From assembly GCA_028826165.1 (NCBI GenBank), contig JAPDFW010000090.1:124001-188000 (forward strand): DNA of 64,000 bases, written 5' to 3'. The translations under genes were made by a program, and so were the position numbers. The notes under the pieces are model-generated. The model was given only the letters and a program-made list of their open reading frames with translations, made no database searches and had not been told where the DNA came from. The DNA is from Anaeramoeba ignava BMAN. Taxonomy: Eukaryota > Protista > Anaeramoebae. Positions 59,901 through 64,000 of this stretch are shown piece by piece (positions within the stretch are counted from its first letter, which is position 1; each line of letters begins with the position of its first letter).

Positions 59901-61751
59901 CAAACAGCAAAATGGAGATCATCAATAAATTTTGCTTTTGAATTAATAAAATTGATTTCGAATTCATCTCCAAACAAATTTTGAGTTGCTATTGAATCAT
60001 AAATATAATAGCTTGTATTTGTTGTTATTAATAAAAATGATTGATTTTGAGAAAGAGAGACTGAATTGCAAAGGAAATCTTTGGAAATTTCTACTTTATA
60101 CATGCAAGATTTTTTGGGAAATTGTTCAAATCTTCCTGAAGAGATTTCATTATAAGTTGGCAATTTCCAATAATAAATAGAATTATCTAAACCAAGAGAG
60201 ATGATATAATTTCTTGCATCTAATTTTTTTGTTTGAATTAATTAATTGCTTTTTTTTTTGAATTTCTTCGTTTGAATTTTTATTTACAAATGCTAGGTCC
60301 TTCATATGATAATGATAAATCTGAAACAAAAGAACCATTTGTTGAAAGAACTTGAATAATATCCATTGAATATAAATCAACAATTTCAATAATATTAGAA
60401 TTACCAGCAGCAATTAAACATCTTTGATTATTGCTCACATATAAAAAAGTAGGGCAAGATGATAAAAGTTTTTCCCTTCTAGAATAACAAAAACCATCAT
60501 CAACATTCCAAATGCAAAGAGTTCCGTCAAGAGAAACTATAAAAAATTTAATATAAATATAATTATAAATTTAATATTAATTTTAATATAATTTTAATAT
60601 AAATTTTAATTGATATTAATTTTGATATAAATTTTAATATAAATTTAATTATAAATTTAATTATAAATTTTAATTATAAATTTTAATTTTAATATAAATT
60701 TTAATTTTAATATAAATTTAATTAATTTAATTATAAATTTTTGATATAAATATAAATATAAATTTAATATAAATTTTTTAAAATATTAATTTAATTATAA
60801 ATTTTGATATTAATTTTAATTATAAATTTTAAATATAAAATTTTGATATAATTTTAAATTATTAATTTAATAAATTTTAATAAATTTAAATTTTATAAAT
60901 TTAAATTTAATTTATTTAAATAAATTTAAATATTAATTTTAATATAAATTTATAATTTAATATAATTTTTATTATAAATTTTAATAAATATAAATATAAA
61001 TTTTGATATTAATTTTTGATATAAATTTTATTATTAATTTTAATATTAATTTGATAATTTTATAAATATAATTATAAATTTTTAATTATAAATTGAATTA
61101 TAAATTTAATTATAAATTTATTATAAATTTTGATATTAATTTTAATATAAATTTTAATATTAATTTTTGTTATAAATATTAAATTTAATTATTTTAATTT
61201 TTAATTATAAATTTAATTATAATTATAAATTTAATTATAAATTTTAATATAAATAAATTTTAATTATTATAAATTTTAATTATAAATTTTAATATAAATA
61301 TAATTATAAATTTTAATATAAATATAATTATAAATTTTGATATAAATTTTAATATAAATTTAATTATAGATTTAAATATAGATTTAAATATAAATTTAAT
61401 TATAAATTTTGATATTAATATAATTATAGATTTAATTATAAATTTTGATATTAATATAATTATAGATTTAATTATAGATTTAATTATAAATTTACCACTT
61501 GCACAAGCATTAACAAAAGTGTGGTGAACATTAACAAGAGCAGTTATTGGAGAATTATGACCAATAAGAATAACTTTTGGAGTTATTTTATTTTCAAGTT
61601 TTTTTTTTTCAAATTCCCAAATACAAATTTTTCCACTTTGAGTTCCAGAAATAAAATATTTAGCATCTTTTGTATGTAAAATTGAAGTTATATTATGCTT
61701 TTCTGGTTTATGTTTATTCCAAAAAACAAATCCAATTTCAAGTGAATCCAT
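56981..61751 (-). CDS. WDR7: WD40-repeat protein of the WDR7/WDR72 (rabconnectin-3 beta) family; exons 61751-61496, 60536-60288, 60219-58544, 58471-56981
   Basis: N-terminus HNITSILHT...FISGTQSGKICIW...PKVILIGHNSPITAL, middle LVGHSSEITALL...SASRDLTIRIWD, FIPWGVLDNLD, and C-terminal TFPMI...GHKRSVSAIQFNPSGKFIASYS..ENTLRIW. All three GT-AG introns preserve frame. Confidence 0.82.
60537..61495 (-). repeat. WDR7 intron 1, degenerate AT minisatellite
   Basis: Diverged ~12-bp aattataaattt-like units between donor and acceptor. Confidence 0.75.
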
Positions 61752-62402
61752 TTTAAAAGGAAGAAAAAAATTTTGAAAAATGAAAAAATAAAAGAAAAAA
61801 AATGAAATTTAAAAAAAATGAAAAATAAATTTTTTTGGTTTTTTTTTATTATTCGTTGGCATTTTTTTAAATTGAAAAAAGAAAATAAAAGAAAAAAAAA
61901 AAAGAAAATAAAAGAAAAATAAAAGAAAATAATTGTTGAATTGGATTTTGAAAAAAAAAAAAATTTTGATCAAAAAGAAAAAAAAAAGAGAAAAATTTGA
62001 AAAAATTGTTTCATCAAAAAAAAAAGAAAAAAGAAAAAAGAAAAGAAAAAAGAAATTTAAATTTAAATTTAAAAAGATTGTTAGAATTAATTTTCCTAAT
62101 AAAATAAAAAATAAAGTAAAAAATTAATTAAAAAATTAATTAAAAAATTAATATTTAATTTTATGGTTAGTTGGAAATTGATCAATTAAACCCCAACAAT
62201 AAAAAAAAAAAAAGCAATTCATTATAAAAAATTAAAAATAAAAATTTAAATAATTTTCTTTTTCAGATCTTAATTAAAAATTGACATAAATTAAAGAATT
62301 TTTTTTCAATTTAAATTAAATTATATTAAATTAAGAAAATTTATTTGCTATAAATAATCAAAAAAAAAGAAATTTTTTAATCAAAATAACCATCAAATTA
62401 AG

Positions 62403-63122
62403 AAATAATAAATAATATTCCAAAAATGTTAATAAATAATATTTTTAAAATGTTAATAAATAATAGTTTTAAAATGTTAATAAATAATATTTTTAAAATG
62501 TTAATAACTAATATTTTTAAAATTTTCATGTTAATAAATAATATTTTTAAAATGTTAATAAATAATATTCAAAAATGTTAATAAATAATTAATAAATAAT
62601 AATAAATAATAATTAATAAATAATATTCCAAAAATGTTAATAAATAATATTCCAAAAATGTTAATAAATAATATTCCAAAAATGTTAATAAATAATATTT
62701 TTAAAATGTTAATAAATAATATTTTAAAATGTTAATAAATAATAAATAATATTCCAAAAATGTTAATAAATAATAATAAATAATATTCCAAAAATGTTAA
62801 TAAATAATAAATAATAATATTTTTAAAATGTTAATAAATAATATTTTTAAAATGTTAATAAATAATATTCCAAAAATGTTAATAAATAATATTCCAAAAA
62901 TGTTAATAAATAATATTCCAAAAATGTTAATAAATAATAATTTTAAAATGTTAATAAATAATATTTTTAAAATGTTAATAAATAATATTTTTAAAATGTT
63001 AATAAATAATATTTTTAAAATGTTAATAAATAATATTCCAAAAATGTTAATAAATAATATTTTAAAATGTTAATAATAATAATTAATAATAATATTTTTA
63101 AAATGTTAATAAATAATAATTT
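62403..63122. repeat. ~24-bp minisatellite (AAAATGTTAATAAATAATATTCCA and variants) next to the SPT16 3' end
   Basis: Tandem units. Source of the spurious MLINNIPK ORF. Confidence 0.9.
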
Positions 63123-63134
63123 TAAATACCTTAA

Positions 63135-64000
63135 TTAATCAGATTCAAAACTACTTTCTGAATCAGAAGATTCATAACGTTTTGTTAATGAATGGGCAAT
63201 ATTCCCCCAAAATCCATCTTTAATAAATTTACTTGGATCACGATTAACATAATCCATAATTTTATCCCACTTCAAATTAACAGGACTTTCAAAAAATAAA
63301 ATATTAGAATTATCAAGCCAATCCTTAACACCCTCAAGATTCTCAGAAGGAATTGCAGAAATTTGAACAACCGGTCTTTTATAATCCTTGAAAATAAGAA
63401 CCAAATCAAAATTACGAAGAACAAGAGAAATTCTTTCAAAAAAAGCAACTTCGACTTCATTGATCGGTAAAACCATAAAAGGACTTGAAGTGATATGAGT
63501 TAAACAATTCAGACTTGGGATGAAAACACCCGAGATTCTATCGCAAACACCTTCAAAAGCAATATGTCTGTAGGGATCTTCAAACTCAAATGGTGTTTGT
63601 TTATTGATTTTTGTGAAATAACTTTGAATCACTGATTCAACCTTTTTTGTGAAATTGGAAAAAATTCGATTGACTTTGGAAATCAAATTGAGATCGCGTT
63701 GTTCTTCCAAATCTTCCCCGTAAATATTTTCATGTTCATTCTGGATCGAATCAATAACTTGACGAGATTCACCAACCTCAGTATAAAACTGAATATCTGG
63801 GGTTTTTTTTTTACCGAGAATAATTTCGTGAATGAGATTGAAATGAAGAATTGATTTCATTGATTCTTTTTCTGCTTTGAAAAAAAATGCATGTTTAATA
63901 TTACTGTACAAGACATCAACAATTTCACCCTTTTTGGTAATAAATCTAAATCCATTTGAATGTGCCTCTAATGCCCCCGAGATTCTTCTTCCACTAATTG
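63135..64000 (-). CDS. SPT16: FACT complex subunit SPT16, 3' part (5' end outside the window)
   Basis: The frame is open from the window edge: GRRISGALEAHSNGFRF...VDVLYSNIKHAFF, GKKKTPDIQFYTEVG, EVAFFERISLVLRNFDLVLIFKDY, VKDWLD, NLKWDKIM and DPSKFIKDGFW. Confidence 0.95.
   Translation of the reverse strand, partial: ISGRRISGALEAHSNGFRFITKKGEIVDVLYSNIKHAFFFKAEKESMKSILHFNLIHEIILGKKKTPDIQFYTEVGESRQVIDSIQNEHENIYGEDLEEQRDLNLISKVNRIFSNFTKKVESVIQSYFTKINKQTPFEFEDPYRHIAFEGVCDRISGVFIPSLNCLTHITSSPFMVLPINEVEVAFFERISLVLRNFDLVLIFKDYKRPVVQISAIPSENLEGVKDWLDNSNILFFESPVNLKWDKIMDYVNRDPSKFIKDGFWGNIAHSLTKRYESSDSESSFESD

Noticed and set aside
1-64000. Inteins, transposons, tRNA/rRNA or telomeric repeats
   Set aside because: No Hint or LAGLIDADG insertion, transposase or RT ORF, terminal repeats, GC-rich structured RNA or TTAGGG-type tract was recognisable by eye. 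Covariance-model and HMM searches were not possible.

Overview
Extremely AT-rich, gene-dense eukaryotic (protist) DNA with spliceosomal GT-AG introns and the standard genetic code. The gene style (intronless ankyrin-BTB genes, divergent actin, TCATTT initiator-like motifs) suggests a free-living metamonad such as Anaeramoeba, but that is inference. Manual splicing gives 16 protein genes: a partial HMG-box gene, a 2679-aa ankyrin-BTB-BTB gene and its 845-aa paralog, Med21, a Ras-family GTPase, a C2-domain protein with Met/Gln/Pro repeats, a small type I membrane protein, a degenerate Ras-BTB-BTB fusion with RhoBTB-like architecture, a Rab GTPase, a USP9/24/34-like deubiquitinase, a divergent actin, an FG-GAP/FN3 receptor-like protein, a LIM protein, a tandem DH-PH RhoGEF, a WDR7/72-like gene and partial SPT16. 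Many were missed or fragmented by the ORF track. Large introns and several 3' flanks are almost entirely filled with tandem micro/minisatellites, mostly with locus-specific units. Most small ORFs in the track are artefacts of these repeats. No RNA genes, transposons, inteins or CRISPR arrays could be supported. About five single-base frameshifts are probably assembly errors. All exon coordinates were read by hand and are unverified by transcript data.
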